From Cyanophora paradoxa CCMP329 (taxonomy: Eukaryota > Plantae > Glaucophyta), in assembly GCA_004431415.1 (NCBI GenBank), contig QPMI01000102.1, positions 1 to 64,000 on the forward strand: a stretch of DNA of 64,000 nt. The letters are read 5' to 3'. Below, piece after piece: positions 25,812 to 39,117 of the stretch (its first letter is position 1; every line of letters starts with the position of its first letter). The translations under genes were made by a program, and so were the position numbers. Below the pieces are notes generated by a model. The model was not told the DNA's origin and did not search any database. It worked only from the letters and a program-made list of their open reading frames with translations.

Positions 25812-26824
25812 GGTTGGAGCGGCTGCGGCGGGACTCCACGCACGCTCACTACGAACACCGCGCTATAGCTACCGGCCTGGCAGCTAGCCTAGGAAACGAC
25901 TGCGGCTAAGACCGAGATTGAGGATAGGATCAGAGATCTCTCGAGAAGCGCGCGCGCGCGGCGGGATCGATATCCCGGATCATTCGGATCCGGGGCGAAT
26001 CTTGGCGGCCGGCGCCGCGGCCGGGGCGAATATCAAAGGTTGCGCCCTTCGAGTAAGTTTTTGTTTTTCCAGTTTACAGAGATTGAGCGTCGATTTACAA
26101 ATGCAAGCGTCAAATTTCGCCGAACGCAGACTTACGCAGTTACGCAGATCGATGTAGACTTTTTTAATCGCATTCGTGATTTTGATCCCTAGCGCCAGCA
26201 GCGCTAGCGCTAGCTAGCTAGCTAGCTATAGCCGGTCTGCTGGGCCGGCGCCGGCGGGCCGGGCCCCGGCCCCCGGGGCCGCGCGCCGGGCCGGCCGGGC
26301 GCCGGCGCGCGGGCGCCGCTAATTATAACCGTTGAACGCTGGCGCGCGGGCCGGCGCGGCACTGCGGCAGCCTGGCCGGCCCCCGGCCCCCAGGCCCCGG
26401 CCCCATGGCCAGCTGCAGGCGCCGGCCGCCGGCCGCGCCCCCGGGCCCGGCGGCCCGGCCCCGGGGGGCCCCGGGTGGTCCTGCATGGCCCGCGGCCGCG
26501 CGCGGCCGCAGCACAACACGTGCACGGACCCCGATCGAGACGTACTACATACCCGAACGTCGACGACTCGACGTTGAAACGCGCGCGAGCTCGAGTGCTA
26601 TACTGACTCAGTAAGTAGCCTAGAAATAGTAGCCGCTGCCGCGGATAATTATAAGCTTTTTTAAAAGGGGAGCCTCTAGCTAGCTATAAGCAGCCTATAG
26701 CTATATAGCTGTGTAGTAGCTTGTGGAGCAGTGAATTGTATTATATTTCACATTTTTCATACACGAGAAGCGAGCTGAAATATGCACGCCGATGTGCCAT
26801 GAAATTTAATATAGGCCTACTAGG

Positions 26825-29333
26825 CTAGCTATAGGCAGGGCCCTCGAAACAGGTGCTGGCGAAGTCTCCTGGCCCCTCAGGGCCCTCGCACCGGAGGTCG
26901 GGGTCGAGTACCTCGTCCATCTCAAAGTCGGCGTCGCCGAACTGCGCGCGCCGGCGCCAACGTCGGATCAGAACGCTTCATATGATCGCGCGCCCTCAGC
27001 AGGGGTACACGCACGTCGGAGTACACGAGGTCGTCCGAGGGCTCGGACTCGTACCGGCCCGGCGCGCGGGCGGGCTGCGCGCGTCCGGGGTTCGTCAAAG
27101 TGCCGAGAGACGGACGGACGCGTACCGACGTACCCGTTTCGACCCCACGTCATCTTCCACTTCGTCGTCGTCTGAGGGCGGCCGCTCGTACGGGTCCTCG
27201 ATCCACTCGGCGCCGGCCCCCTCCTCGGGCTCCTCCCCCCCTTCGAGGACGAGTACCCCCTCCTCGTCCGGCCGCTCGGGGTGCAGCCGGCCGGCCTCCT
27301 CCTCCTCCTCCTCCTCGCGGTCGTCGTCTCTGCCTTTCCGGAGCAAGTCCCGCCACCCGTACCGCCGCGGGGGCGCCGCCTCTTCCTCCTCATCTTCGCG
27401 CACCGCCCGGCGGCCGGCGCCGCTCCCGTCGGGCTGCACGAAGCCGGTCAGCCGCCCGCAGCTCGCGCCGCCGCTCGGGGACGGAATCGCGCGTACCCCG
27501 GAGAGATCGCCCTCCTCTCCGGGATCGTGGGCGGCCAGCTCGGTACCCCCCACGACCGCGAACGAAGCGCCGCCGTACTCCTCCTGCCCGTACTCTTCGT
27601 CGGGGATTCGAACCACGTTCCCGCGCGCGTCGGTGACGATGACGTCATCCTCGGGGGTAAAGGAGAAGCCAGCGCGCGTCAGGCACGTGTCGAGGCTGCC
27701 CGTGGGGAGCCGGCAGCCCTCCGTGCAGATCGGCGGCTTCGGCGGCGGCGGTGGAGGCGGCGGCGGTGGAGGAGGAGGAGGAGGGGGCAGGGGAGGGAGT
27801 GGTGGCGGGGGAGGGGGAGGGGGAGGGGGAGGGGTGGAGGCGGAGGGGCGAGGGCGGAGGGGCAGGGGCGGGAGCTCACGGGGCTGAGGCGGCGGCGGTG
27901 GTGGAGGGTCCGGAGGGGCTCAGGGGCGGGGAGGGGAAGGGGAGGGGGATGGGAGGGGAGGGGAGGGGGAGGGGGAGGCGGGGGCGGAGGTGGAGGGGGC
28001 GGAGGGGGCGGCGGCGGGGGCTTCGGGGGACACTTTGAGCTGCTGCACTCGGCCCATATCTCCTGCCTGATGACAGCCTGCACCCGGCAGTCCCCGACCT
28101 GCGAACGTAGGCCCGCTCGCCGGGGGTACGGCAATCTCAACGACCCGGGGGTACAGCGGCACCTCGTGCTCCTCGACGACGTCGAAGTCGTAGTCTGCCT
28201 CGAAGAGCTCAGCGGCGGAGACGCCGCCCTCCCGCAGGGCCTCACGCAGCGCCGCCGGCAGGCTCTCCGCGCTCCCCTTCGAATCCGTTCGGGTCAGAGG
28301 GCGCGGGGGGCGGGCCGGGGGGCGGGCGTGGGGCGGGAGGGGTACCAGCTGCGACAGGTTCGCCTCGCCCTCGACGTGCAGGGGCGTCGCCTGCAGCTCG
28401 CGGACGAGGATCGCCTGCGGCCGCCCGATGCTCACCTGCGCCCGGACTCGCGGCTCAGCGGCTGAGAGGCTGGCCCGGCGTCCTCGGCGCGGGCGGGCCG
28501 GCACCTGCGCGTGTGGCTCCTCTTCGCAGGCGGCATCGGCGCCCTGCGCGCCGCGCTCCCCGCCGCCGCCGCCGCCGCCGCCTGCCGAACTCGGCGTCAG
28601 CCCCTGCGCGGCCTCCTGCGCTTCTCACGCGCTCGCGGACCGGCGGAGGGAGTCTCCTTCGGGGTCCCCGTCATAGCGCCAGCCGGGCGCGCCCTACGCG
28701 GCGCACCGCGGGCCTCGAAGGCGCCTGGCGGGCCGGCACTGGTCAGCGGCGCCTCGGAGGAGCGGCGCACTGGGCGCGCACTCTTCCGCTGGCTCCGTTG
28801 CTCCTGGATGTGTGCATTGCACGAGCGGGCCGCTGGCGCTCACGACCGGAACGCTGGTGCCGGCGCCGCGAGGCGCCCGAGTCGCTCCGCCGCCACTCCG
28901 GCCGGGCTTCTAGGCCACGATTTCGCGAGCTTAAGTGCTTCTACAGCAGACTGCAGCACGGCCGTACACGTCCGCGGGTGCGGAGGCTCCGAGGCAGCGG
29001 ATGCGGGACCGGACCGGGCCTGGCGCGCGCTGCGGCACCACCTGTGCGTGCTCCTAGCGGCTAGCAGGCCAAAGCTCTAGCCGATGCCGAGAACGCGTCG
29101 CGACGAGCCTCCTTGCACCTCGGTGGAACAGTTGTACCCCCAGAAGAAAGCATCCCACCGGCCAATTTGCTCCCGGGTCGGGGGAAAACGGCCCTTCTCC
29201 CCCCGTCTCGCAGTAACGTCCTCGTCGAGGACTCCCAGCGTCGTCGTAGCCCTCCCGAGCTTCGGCTTTGGCTAGGTTCGGTTTTCCGCTCGAACTCCGC
29301 CTTCGGGATTTCAAACAGCCGACGGCCAGCCAT
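26825..29333 (-). CDS. Hypothetical protein with poly-Pro, Cys-containing and acidic segments; 5' part uncertain
   Basis: Splice-bounded exons: QAILVRELQATPLHVEGEANLSQL, ELFEADYDFDVVEEHEVPLYPRVVEIA, IWAECSSSKCPPKPPPP, PICTEGCRLPTGSLDTC, EMDEVLDPDLRCEG...AYS*. No family recognised. Confidence 0.45.
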
Positions 29334-29389
29334 CTTTCGCCCTCTCCGGCCTGCTTCCTGAGTCGAGCAATCACACAAACTGTGACGCA

Positions 29390-32300
29390 ATGGCGACCCT
29401 ATCACTCACCGATTTGCCTCGTGCGCCTGTTTCCGCGCTGCGGCGAACCCGCACGCCCCTGACCAGCGGCCCGCCACCACGTCCTCCGTTGCGCAGCGGA
29501 CGTGCTGCAGAGAATCCTCATTCAGGCCAGCGAGTATTCCGTCACGGACATCATGGGAGCGCGGGATTCGTGCCGCATGCTTGCGCACATCTTCGAAACC
29601 CTGCCGCCCCAGATAATCGGCTCGCCCAAATTCGACGTGCGCGCCTCAATCGCTCGGCGCTGCGTCGGCTCAGACGGGCGATGTGCAGGCGTACGATAAC
29701 CACAAGTTGGTCGTCGCCTTCATGAAGCGCTATGGGAAGCGGGTCCAGAGCCTCAACCTGTCGCCGGTGCGCCTTCGAACTTTCGTGTTGGACCTCGTCG
29801 CGGATTCGAAATCGAGCAGGTCATGAGTCTCCGCGACGAGGACTTCGGCTCCTGCCTGCGCTCGACCTCGGGCGGCATCCTCCACTACATGTCCATCGCG
29901 CACTTCCGCTGCTCGGGCTGGGGCATCATGGCGGAGTACTCGAAGGTTTGCCCGAGGGCGCCGCGCGCGCATCGGGGCGCGTCGCGCGCGCCGACGGCCG
30001 CCGCGCAGGACTCGTCGTGGGCGATGGCCCAGAGCGCGTTGCACTCGTGGCCCCGGGGCCTCTCCGGCCTTCGCATCCTCAACCTCTCGGACGCGCACAT
30101 CCGCCCCACCGCCCTGCGCACCCTGCTCCGCGCCAACCGCAGCACCCTCGAGATCCTCCTCCTCGCGTGCGCCCCGCCGGCCCCGGCCGGCCCGTCGCGT
30201 CCCGCTGATCCGCGCGCAGGGGCACGCACGTGTACAAGCCGCAGACGATGCTCGAGGAGCACCGCGTCAAGGGCCAGGCGACCCGCGAGCGCAACTCGAA
30301 GAAGCGGCTGCTGGAGGGCGGCACGCCCTCGGGCAGGCGCAAGGGCAACCGCGCCTCGGAGGACGGCAGCGACGGCATGGACGAGGCGCGGCGCAGCCGC
30401 GGCGGCCAGGAGATGATGGTCGGGCTCCCGGGCGTGCAGGCCGACGACGGCTCGGGGCTGCAGCCGGGCCAGCTGCTCACGGCCGACGGCATGCAGGCGT
30501 ACGCCCACCAGCACGCGGGGATGGCGCACCCGGGCACGCAGACGCTCGTGCACCCGGTCTCCGTCGAGGCGCTGCCGGGCTCGCAGACCGTGGAGGCGAT
30601 CCAGCCCGTCGACGCCGGCGTGCCCGTCCCGTGGGCCTCCGCCCCGATGCCCGGCGCCCCGCAGCCGCAGGTCACGGCCTGGGGCCACGCTGCCGCCGCC
30701 GGCGTCGCCGTGCCCCGCGGCTCGACCGAGTGGGCCACCTCGCCCGCCCCGGCCTCGGCCTCCTCGCGCTACTCCGGGCCCCAGGAGGTGCGCCCCCCTT
30801 CCCCCGAAGAAGAAGAAGGAGCTGAGCGAGCCGAACAGCTGAACGAGGACGAGGACTGCATCACGTCGGCCATGCGGAGCCTGGCGTTCCCGCGGCTGCG
30901 CACGCTGGACCTCTCCGGCTGCCGCGTCACGAAGCAGGGCCTCGTGGACGTCCTCCGCTCCAACCTCAACCTCACGATCCTCTACATCGTGCGCTCCCGC
31001 TCGCCCGCTCGCTCGTCGGCCGTGGCTTGCTTACGCGCCCGCCCGTCTGCAGCACGGCCTCCAGGAGTTTGCCCACGACCCCGAGCACGGGACCACGACC
31101 GTCCGCGCCTGGTCCGCCCGCCCGCGCCCGCGCCCGCCCAACCCGACTCGACTCGACTCGCGCGGGCGAGAGCCGACGGCCCGCCGGCCCCGCAGGAACA
31201 ACCAAGAGCTGCAGGCCCTGCGCACCCAGTTCCCTACCCTGAACATCGTCGGCGGGTCCCTCTTCGGCGGGGTGCGCGGCCGACCGCCTCCCGGCTGCCC
31301 TCGCGCCCCTGCCGACGCCGCCTGGCGCGCAGCTGCAGGGCATGGCGTCCGTCCTCTTCGAGTCCAACGAGGTCTTCGGGCGCCACGCGCCCTGCGTCGC
31401 CCACAACAGCCCGGGCGAGGCCATGCCCCCCGAGACCCCCGAGGCGCCTTGCCTTCCCCGCCCTCCTCCGCCGCCTTCGCCGCCCGGCTTCTCACTCACG
31501 GGGCGCGCGCGCAGGGAACGTACGTGCACCTCCCGCCGGAGCTGGTCGAGCCGGCGATCCCGCGGGGCCTGCACGCCGGCCGCGCCCGCGACGGCCTCGG
31601 CATGACCCTCGTCCAGGGCGAGTCCTCCTCTCCCGCCCCCGGCCCCGCCCCTTCTTCTTCTTCTGATTCCTCGCCGCCGCGCGCGCGAGAGCAGAGGCCG
31701 TGTTCGTCCTCAGCTGCGGCCTGGCGGACCCGGGCGACTCGGTCCAGTTCCTCCAGCGCCTCGTCGACGAGGTGCGCGTACCCCCCCCCCGGGCTCAGCC
31801 GCACCTGTACCCCGCTTCCTGCTCACCCGGGCCGCTCGCCCGCAGAGCGGCGCCGACGCAACGGGCCCCGTGCTGCGCGTCTCGCCCCGCCGCGCCGCCG
31901 AGGACCGCAACTGGGACCCGTACGCGACGCAGTACCCCTCCGAGACGCAGCGCTGGGCGCTCCCGGTCGGCCGGTGGCGCTGCACGGAGCACTTCAACGC
32001 GTTCCTCCCGAGTCCGCCCGCCCGCCCGCCCACCGATTCTGCGCGCCCCGCCCCGCGCCGCCGCCGTCCGACGCCGCGCCCGCCCGCCCGCCAGTGCCCG
32101 GCTGCAACGCCATGCACATCGCTGCCCAGAACGACGCGCCGCTGGCCATCTTCCAGGCCCGCCCCCCCGCCAGCCTTCGCGCCCGCTCGCCCGCTCACTT
32201 TCGCCGCAGTGGCTCTACCAGAACGGGGTCTCGCCCGCGGAGCCCGACTCGATCGGCAACTCGATCCCCCTGAGCGAGGGCGTCCTCTTCCGCCTCAACC

Positions 32301-33674
32301 GCCCCGCGCTGGACTTTCTCATCGGTGCGAACGAACGTTCCCCGGGAAAGAAGGGGAGGAAGGGAAGGGCTCGTCTGAAGCGCCTGCAGAGGTGACGCCC
32401 CCCGCGGCGCTCGCGGAGTGGGTCGAGCGGCGGCACGCCGTGCCGGGCGCCTGGCGCCGCACCACGACCCTCCACGAGGTCTCCCGCGCCGCCGGCGAGA
32501 TCGCGCCCGCCCTCGGTGCCGGCCCGCGTCCCGCCCTGGCCCGCCCCAGCCGGTGCCGGCGGCTGAGCGTTCGGGGCGCAGCGTTTGAGACGGGGGCGAC
32601 GGCGGCGCGAGAGATGCTGGAGTCGGCGGCGGTCATGAACGCGCGGAGCGTCGTCGCGCGGCGCAACCCGGTCGACACGTCGGCGCTGCTGGCGCTGGCC
32701 GCCCGCTGGCCGGCCGGCCTCGTCACGCCCGACATCCACTTCGTCAAGCACCAGACCAACGTCGTCACCTCGGCGCGCCCACTCTCTCCGGCACACTGTA
32801 GACGGCTGAGTGGCTGACGCGCCCCGCAGACGCTGTCGGAGTACCCCCTGGAGCTGGCGGTGCAGCGCCCCTCTATCTCGCTGGCCGTAGTGGAGGCGCT
32901 CCTGCGCCTGGCCTCTCCCTACCTAAACGATCCCGCCGCCTGCGGCCGCCAGGTCGCCTCGTTCTCCTTCCCGTCCGCCAGCTAGCTGGCTGGCCGCCTG
33001 ATCCCCCTCCGCAGGCCCGCGAGGCGCACCTGAAGACGAGGCACACCGACAACGCCGCCGTGCTGCGGCGCCCCGGGGGCCAGGCCCCGCGGCCCGTCCC
33101 GCCGCAGCCGCAGCACACGGTGCAGCGCGGCTCGGTGCCGCCTCCCGAGCCCAGCGACGCAGAGGCTCACGCGCGTTTGCTGGACCGCCTCCTCAACGCC
33201 GCGGCGCGGCGCGCCCGCGTGAGCCCGCGCAAGTCGTCCGTGCCCGTCCCGGGCTCCGGGCTCTCCCGTGTCGCCTGGGTCTTCGGCGACCGCCCAGGCG
33301 ACGGCGCCGACCCGGAGGCGTGGGCCGTCCTCAGCGCCGTCCGCGTGGCCGCCGAGTCGGCCTGCAACGCCTCCATGGCCGCGGTGGCGCCGGCGTACCC
33401 CGGCCTACCCTCCCCCTACGGCCTGCAGGCGGCCGGCCTCTGGCCCGACGCGGCCGGCGTGGCGCTCGGGCAGCCTATCGCGGCCGGCTCGCCGGCCCCG
33501 GGCGACCCGATGGCGATCGCCTCGCTCTCCGCCGAGCTCCTCGTGACCGACCGCTGGGCCCCGGAGGCCACCATCGACGTGCAGGCCGCTGTTCCGGCCG
33601 CCAACCGCCTCAGCGCTGCCGCCGCCGCCGCCGCCGCCGGCCGCCCCCGCCGCGACGGCCGCACCAGCAAGTAG
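29390..33674 (+). CDS. F-box-like / LRR / ankyrin-repeat protein, multi-exon
   Basis: N-terminal SLTDLP..DVLQRIL (F-box-like); LRRs LRILNLSDAHI and LRTLDLSGCRVTKQGL; ankyrin-like GCNAMHIAAQNDAPLAIFQ-WLYQNGVSP and YPLELAVQRPSISLAVVEALL. Confidence 0.6.
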
Positions 33675-33837
33675 TAGGCAGGCAGGCCAGCTTCGCGCGT
33701 TCTGCTGTCTGCTGCTAGAGCTAGCTTGTGTGCCCCGCCCCTCCCCGTCCCGCTTTCGCGCCCAGCTTTAAGGTATGCTTTCATCGCGTGTGTGTTTGTG
33801 TCAAGGCTCTTCGCTTTCAACAAGACAGTGTGCGCTA

Positions 33838-35228
33838 CTACTCCGAGGCCTCGCCGCCGCTGCCCTCGTCGGCCTCCTCCTCCGCCCCCGCCTCGAGCTC
33901 GCCGCCATCGCTGCCCGCCTGCGCCGGGCCCGCCCCCGCCTTTGCCTTCCTCCTCCTCTTTCGCTTCCGCTTCGGCTTGTCCGCCTCCGCCTTCGAGGCC
34001 CCCTCCCCGCCATCCCCCTCCGCCTCGCTCGCCGACGCCGCCGCCGCCGCCGAAGCCTGCGCCACAGCCCTCTGAGCACGGGCCTCTTAAACGGATAGGG
34101 ACTCCGGGAGAGACGCGCCTGCTTCGGGTCGGGCTTGGCGTCCGCCTTCGCCTTCTTCTTGCACGAGAGCGGGTTGGGCCCCTTCGCACGCTTCCGCTTC
34201 CCGGGCTTGGGCTTCGTCCCGCTGCCGGCGGCGGCGGGCGCCGCGGCCGCCGCCTCGGCTGGCGCCTCTCCGCCCTCCGCGCCCGCCTCCGCCCCCCCCT
34301 CCGCCGCGGGCGCCACAGCCGCGGCCGCCGGTGCGGGCACAGGCGCCTTCTGCATGCGCTCCCACGCGGCCTTCTCGTGCTTCGCGGGCAGCCCCTTCGC
34401 CTTCTCCATCTGCGGCCGCTCGGACCGGAAGCCTTAGCTTAGCTTGGCTGCGAACCTTCGAGTGCATGTCGCGGGACTCGTTCGAGGGCTTCTCCACCAC
34501 GAGCGTGTGGTTCGAGATGCGGATGAGGGGCACGCCGCCCACCTTCCGCACGCGCCGCTGCATCTCCTCCTCCTGCGACCCGACCATGTACTTCTCCCCC
34601 GCGCGGTCCTCTGCGTGCGCGCGCGCTGGTTTCTCAGCAGAGCAGCGCGGGGCGGCGCGGCCGGACTGGCAGCGCGTCCGCACCGATCAGGCTCGCGATG
34701 CACTCGGCGCCGCTAACGGGAGCGGCGTGCGAGCACTTGATTGAGGTGAAGTTCTTTGCGATCACAGCGGCGCCGCCTGAGGACGGAGCGTGAGGACTGG
34801 CGTGGCGACGCGCCGCGCACGGGCGCGGGCACCGAACGCCTCGCCCCGCTTCCGGATGTCCTGCAGGATGCATCTTGTGACAAGTGGGACGCCAGAGCGG
34901 TCAAGGCGCGCCGCGCGTATTTCGCAGTCGCGGGCGGCGCCAGAGCTTCGGACAGAAGGATATCAGGATAGGCGCGGTCCTCGCATAGCTTCGGAAGCTG
35001 CTCCTTGAGGAAGATCTTTCCCTTGAGCGCCGCTTGGATGAACGGCCCGTCGACTGAAGCCGGGCGGCGGCGGGCGGCGCGATCAGCGCTCGTACGCGCG
35101 CGGTGGACTGGGGCCTCGGCGGGCCACAGTACGCGCTTACCGAGGATGTTGAAAGGCGCCTCAAAGCCGAACGAGATGCGGTACCACTGCAGGATCTTCC
35201 GTATGTGCTTCCGCCGGTCGACACGCAT
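33838..35228 (-). CDS. UTP23: rRNA-processing protein UTP23 (PIN/Fcf1 family)
   Basis: MRVDRRKHIRKILQWYRISFGFEAPFNIL-VDGPFIQAAL, IKCSH, AECIASLIG, KYMVGSQ..VGGVPLI, and the C-terminal KRAKGPNPLSCKKK motif. Confidence 0.92.
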
Positions 35229-35397
35229 CGTGCGCGCGGGGCTGAGCGTCTGCCCAACAAGGAGCGGTAGCTAACGCCACTGATGCGTGCGATGCGATGC
35301 GGGCCACTGCCAGGTGCTCCGGCGACCGAGCGCACTTCGACTCCCGTACCCCTCAAACTAGCCGGCCGAAGCTGCTGGGACAGAGCAGCAGGCCGAA

Positions 35398-38269
35398 ATG
35401 GCGAAGGTGCAGGCGAGCAACGCGATGCCGGACGTGCTGTGCTACTTTTGGTGCGTCTACGAGCTCCGCCCTCCGGCGGGCCGCGCTAGCTCTGCCGAGC
35501 GCCGGCTGACTTCCGCCGGCCTTTAGCTATGACCGGCTGCGAGAACCACGGATATTGGACTGCTGTCACAGCTTCTGCACGAGCTGCCTTTCGCGGTTCG
35601 CGACCCGCGCTGCTGGCCGGCGCTGCTGGCCGAGTTTCGACCCGGCGAGATCCGCACGCGCAGGGCGGCGAAGGACGGCGCCGTATCATGCCCTACCTGC
35701 ACGCTTTCGACTACCGTCCCGCCAACGGGAATCACCGCGCTCCCGAGGAACTACATTCTCGAGGAGCTCATTGAGCAGGCCGTGCCCCCGGACTGCGGTT
35801 CGCACCGCGCCCGCCCGCCGCAGATCCAACGCTTACATGCCCGCAGACAACTGCAGGACGAATCCGCCGGCCCAGGCGCAGCTGTATTGCCACCAGTGCA
35901 CCGCGAACTTCTGTCACCAATGCGGCATGGCCGTCCACGCGGAAAAGTGGGCCGCTTTGCATGCCTCGTTTGCAGCGGCGCCGGCTGATCGCTCGCAGGC
36001 TGTTCCGCTCGCATCAGCTAGTCTCGATCAGCGAGAAGCCGTCGAGCCGTGGCGCGGTGCGCCTTTGCGCCGCCCTGGCCCGCGGCCGCGCTGGAGCCCC
36101 GCGCGCAGGACCAAATGTGCCTCATCCACAAAACGGAAAGGCTCAAGCTGTACTGCGAGACCTGCGAGACCGTGATCTGCTCGTGCGCGGCCCTGCCAAC
36201 CCCCACTCCTCCCGTCCAGCTCGCTGGCTCCGCCCGGCGTCACTCACGCGCGCCCCACCCCGCCTCACCCGGCGCGCAGCGACTGCGTCTTCTCCCCACA
36301 GCACCACGAGCACATCACGACGTACACCCTGGACGCGCACGAGAGCGCGAAGGTAAAGGGCGCATCGTGTCACGCTCGCCGGCCGCGCCTGATGGCCCGC
36401 CCGCAGCGGGAGCTCACCGCGCTCCTGAAGCGCTCCCAGCTCATCGCCGCCTCGCTCTCCTCCGACATGAAGGCGCCCCTACCCCTCCTGCGCCCCTGTA
36501 CCCCTCCCCTCCACTCCACCCTGAACCCCCCTGGCGCAGCTCCTGGACCACAACGTGCAGACGTCCGTCGGGGTACGGCTCTCTCGCCGCATCTCTCGGT
36601 CCGTCCCTCAGACCCGCCCCGCAGGAGCACGAGCGCATCTCCAAGCTCGTCAACGACGCTTTCGACAAGGCACGCTCTGCTGAGGGGAGGGGGAGAAGGC
36701 CGCTCACCTGAGCTGACCCTCGGCCCGGCCCGCCGGCGCAGGTCGTCGCGAGCCTGAACAGGCGGAGGAACGAGCTCCTGGACGTCCTGGACGTGGCCCT
36801 CGAGCGGAGACGTGCGCGGGACCGGAGGGGGGGTACCGCGCGCGGCGGGCGGGGTACCGAGCTGGTTCGGGCGCAGTGATCCGGCTGGACAGCGTCCGGA
36901 AGACGACGCAGAAGTTCCGCGGCAACGTCGACGACGCGAACGTGCGTACCCCTGTACCCCCCTTCGCTCCTCGTACCCCGCCGCTCTGACTTTCGGCGCA
37001 GCTGATCGCGTCGCGGACGATCGAGCGGGGGGACCCCATCGAGACGCTGGCCCTCAAGAACCGATTCGCGCGCCGCGTCGCCGTGCGCTTGTACCCCCCT
37101 CCCCTCAACCTTCCTGTCCTTCTTCTTCTTCCGCCGACCCCGCCCCCCGCCCGGCAGGACTTCGAGGGGACGGACGTGAGCGGGCGCTCGCGGGACCCCT
37201 TCGAGTTCGCCGTGCAGCTGCAGGACGTCGAGGCCGCCGCCGCTGCCTCCCGCAGGCCCGCACGTACCCCCTCCTCTCGATCCCCTCCCCCCCCCCTCCT
37301 CCCAACGCACTCCTGCAGGCTGGGCTTCGTTCGGTGGAAGCCGACGGGCATGATGGTGCGGCGAGGGCGGGCGGGCGGGCGGGCGGGAACGAGAGGCGTC
37401 GCTGAGGTCAAAGGGGGCCGCAGGTGCCGCCGCCCATGGCGGGGGACCCGGAGTACAGCCGCCCCGGGGTGATCCACTGGCTCGGGACGAACCGGGGCAA
37501 GGCGAAGTGGCAGAACCCCGCCGTCTACAAGATCGTGCGTACCCCGCCCGCCCCCCCGCTCGCTCGAAGATCGTCCTCGACGGTGCCCCTCCTCGCGCTC
37601 TGACCTTCCCCCGCCCCTCAGGTGAACGTCGCGGCGTCGAGCGTATACGTTGGCATGGTCGAGATGTTCGTGGACAACAAGGCGTGTACCCCCCCTCTCC
37701 CCCTCTCCTCTTGTTCCTCCTCTGACGCCCCCCACCTACCCAGGTCGGCCGCTTCTGCACGCAGGACGAGCCGAGTGCGCGCCGCGCAGCCGTGCCCCCA
37801 CTGCAGCCGGCCCGCTCCGGCCTCACGCCGCCCCGCAGACGCGTGGGTCTCCGTCGCGCTCCCGAAGACGGTGCTGGTCTACGTAACTCACTACACGCTG
37901 GGCTTCTGCCAGGGCGGCGACCGCGCCGTACCCCGCAACTGGGACCTGCAGGGATCCCGCAACGGCCGCGACTGGGTCACGCTCTCCTCGCACAGGCGCG
38001 CGCATACTGCTGTCGTACCCCCTCTTCTGTGCCTGTACCCGGGCCGATGCCCCGCGCGCGCGCGCAGGAACGACAAGACCTTCTCCTCGAAACTTATCTC
38101 GAGCACGTGGCGCGTCGAGGAGCGAGACGAGGCGTTCAGCCAGTTCCGCGTGCTGCAGACGGGCCCGAGCGGGCAGGGCAACTTCCTCTGCGTCAGCGGT
38201 TTCGAGGTGTACGGCATGGTGCTGGACGACGAGATCCCGTCGCTTATGGGCACCGCCACCGCAAAGTGA
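35398..38269 (+). CDS. TRIM/RBCC-like E3 ligase: RING + two B-boxes + coiled coil + C-terminal discoidin-like (HECTD1/BTB-associated) domain
   Basis: RING CENPRILDCCHSFCTSC..VSCPTC; B-box1 LYCHQCTANFCHQCGMAVH; B-box2 CLIHKTERLKLYCETCETVICS-DCVFSPQHHEH; coiled coil VVASLNRRRNELLDVLD; C-terminal GVIHWLGTN..WQNP..THYTL..PRNWDLQGSRNGRDWVTL..FRVLQTG..LCVSGFEVYG. Confidence 0.8.
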
Positions 38270-38385
38270 CGCCCGCGCGACCCGGAGGTCTTAGCTAGAT
38301 AGAGAGGCAGCGCCCGCGCCGTGTCCCACGCAGAAGAGAGACGAGTCCTTGCATTCAAGAAAGCCATCGCTAAGCTGAGTGTCGT

Positions 38386-39117
38386 TAAGGGCCGTGCGCG
38401 TGGCCTGCACGGTAGCCATGGCGCCGGGTTGCGATTGGCTTGTGCGCGGCGACCAGCCGCTGCGATTGCTCTGTGACGCTGGTCGGCCCGTGCGGTCTGA
38501 TGTTCGGCTCCGGCCGAGCTGAGTGCCGGTGCCGGGGTTGGCCGCGTTGGTCGCTGAGTCGACTGTGTGCCGGGACTGGGGCTGCGACGCGCTGCTCACG
38601 TCGGTTGGCCGCCCGAGATCACCTGTTGAAGCCGTCCGCTGCCGAGCGGCGTGAGCAGCGGCGAAGGGGACAGAGCGCGCGCGGCGCGAGCGCACATTTG
38701 TAGATCTGGTCCGAAAGCTCCGGCTTGAGGTCTGCGAGGATCGTGAGGGTCACGAGGTCGTGCCGGCCCATGTCGACGAGCTGCGTGATCTTCGCCGGGT
38801 CCTTCTCGTCCATGTAGAAGCGGAACATCTCCTTGATATTCGCGACCGCCTTCGCGCGCGGCCGCTGCACGGGAACGCGCTGGGCGGTCCGCAGGAAGCT
38901 CTTGTACAGCCCGAGCACCTGTGGCGGGCGCGACCCGGTATCAGCCCGACTCCACGAGGCCGGCGTCGCCACGGCAAACCTGGGCGCGCTGCATCGAGGG
39001 AGCGAAGAAGCTTGGTGCGGGGGTTACACTCGCGCCGGGTACAGTCAGTTCGTGGTTCGTGGTGGCGCGCATGGACGCGTTCAGCTTCTCCGTGATCCCT
39101 GCCCGTGGCGGCAACAT
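38386..39117 (-). CDS. LYR-motif (Complex1_LYR) mitochondrial protein; terminal exons uncertain
   Basis: QVLGLYKSFLRTAQRVP....AVANIKEMFRFYMDEKDPAKITQLVDMGRHDL. Confidence 0.8.
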
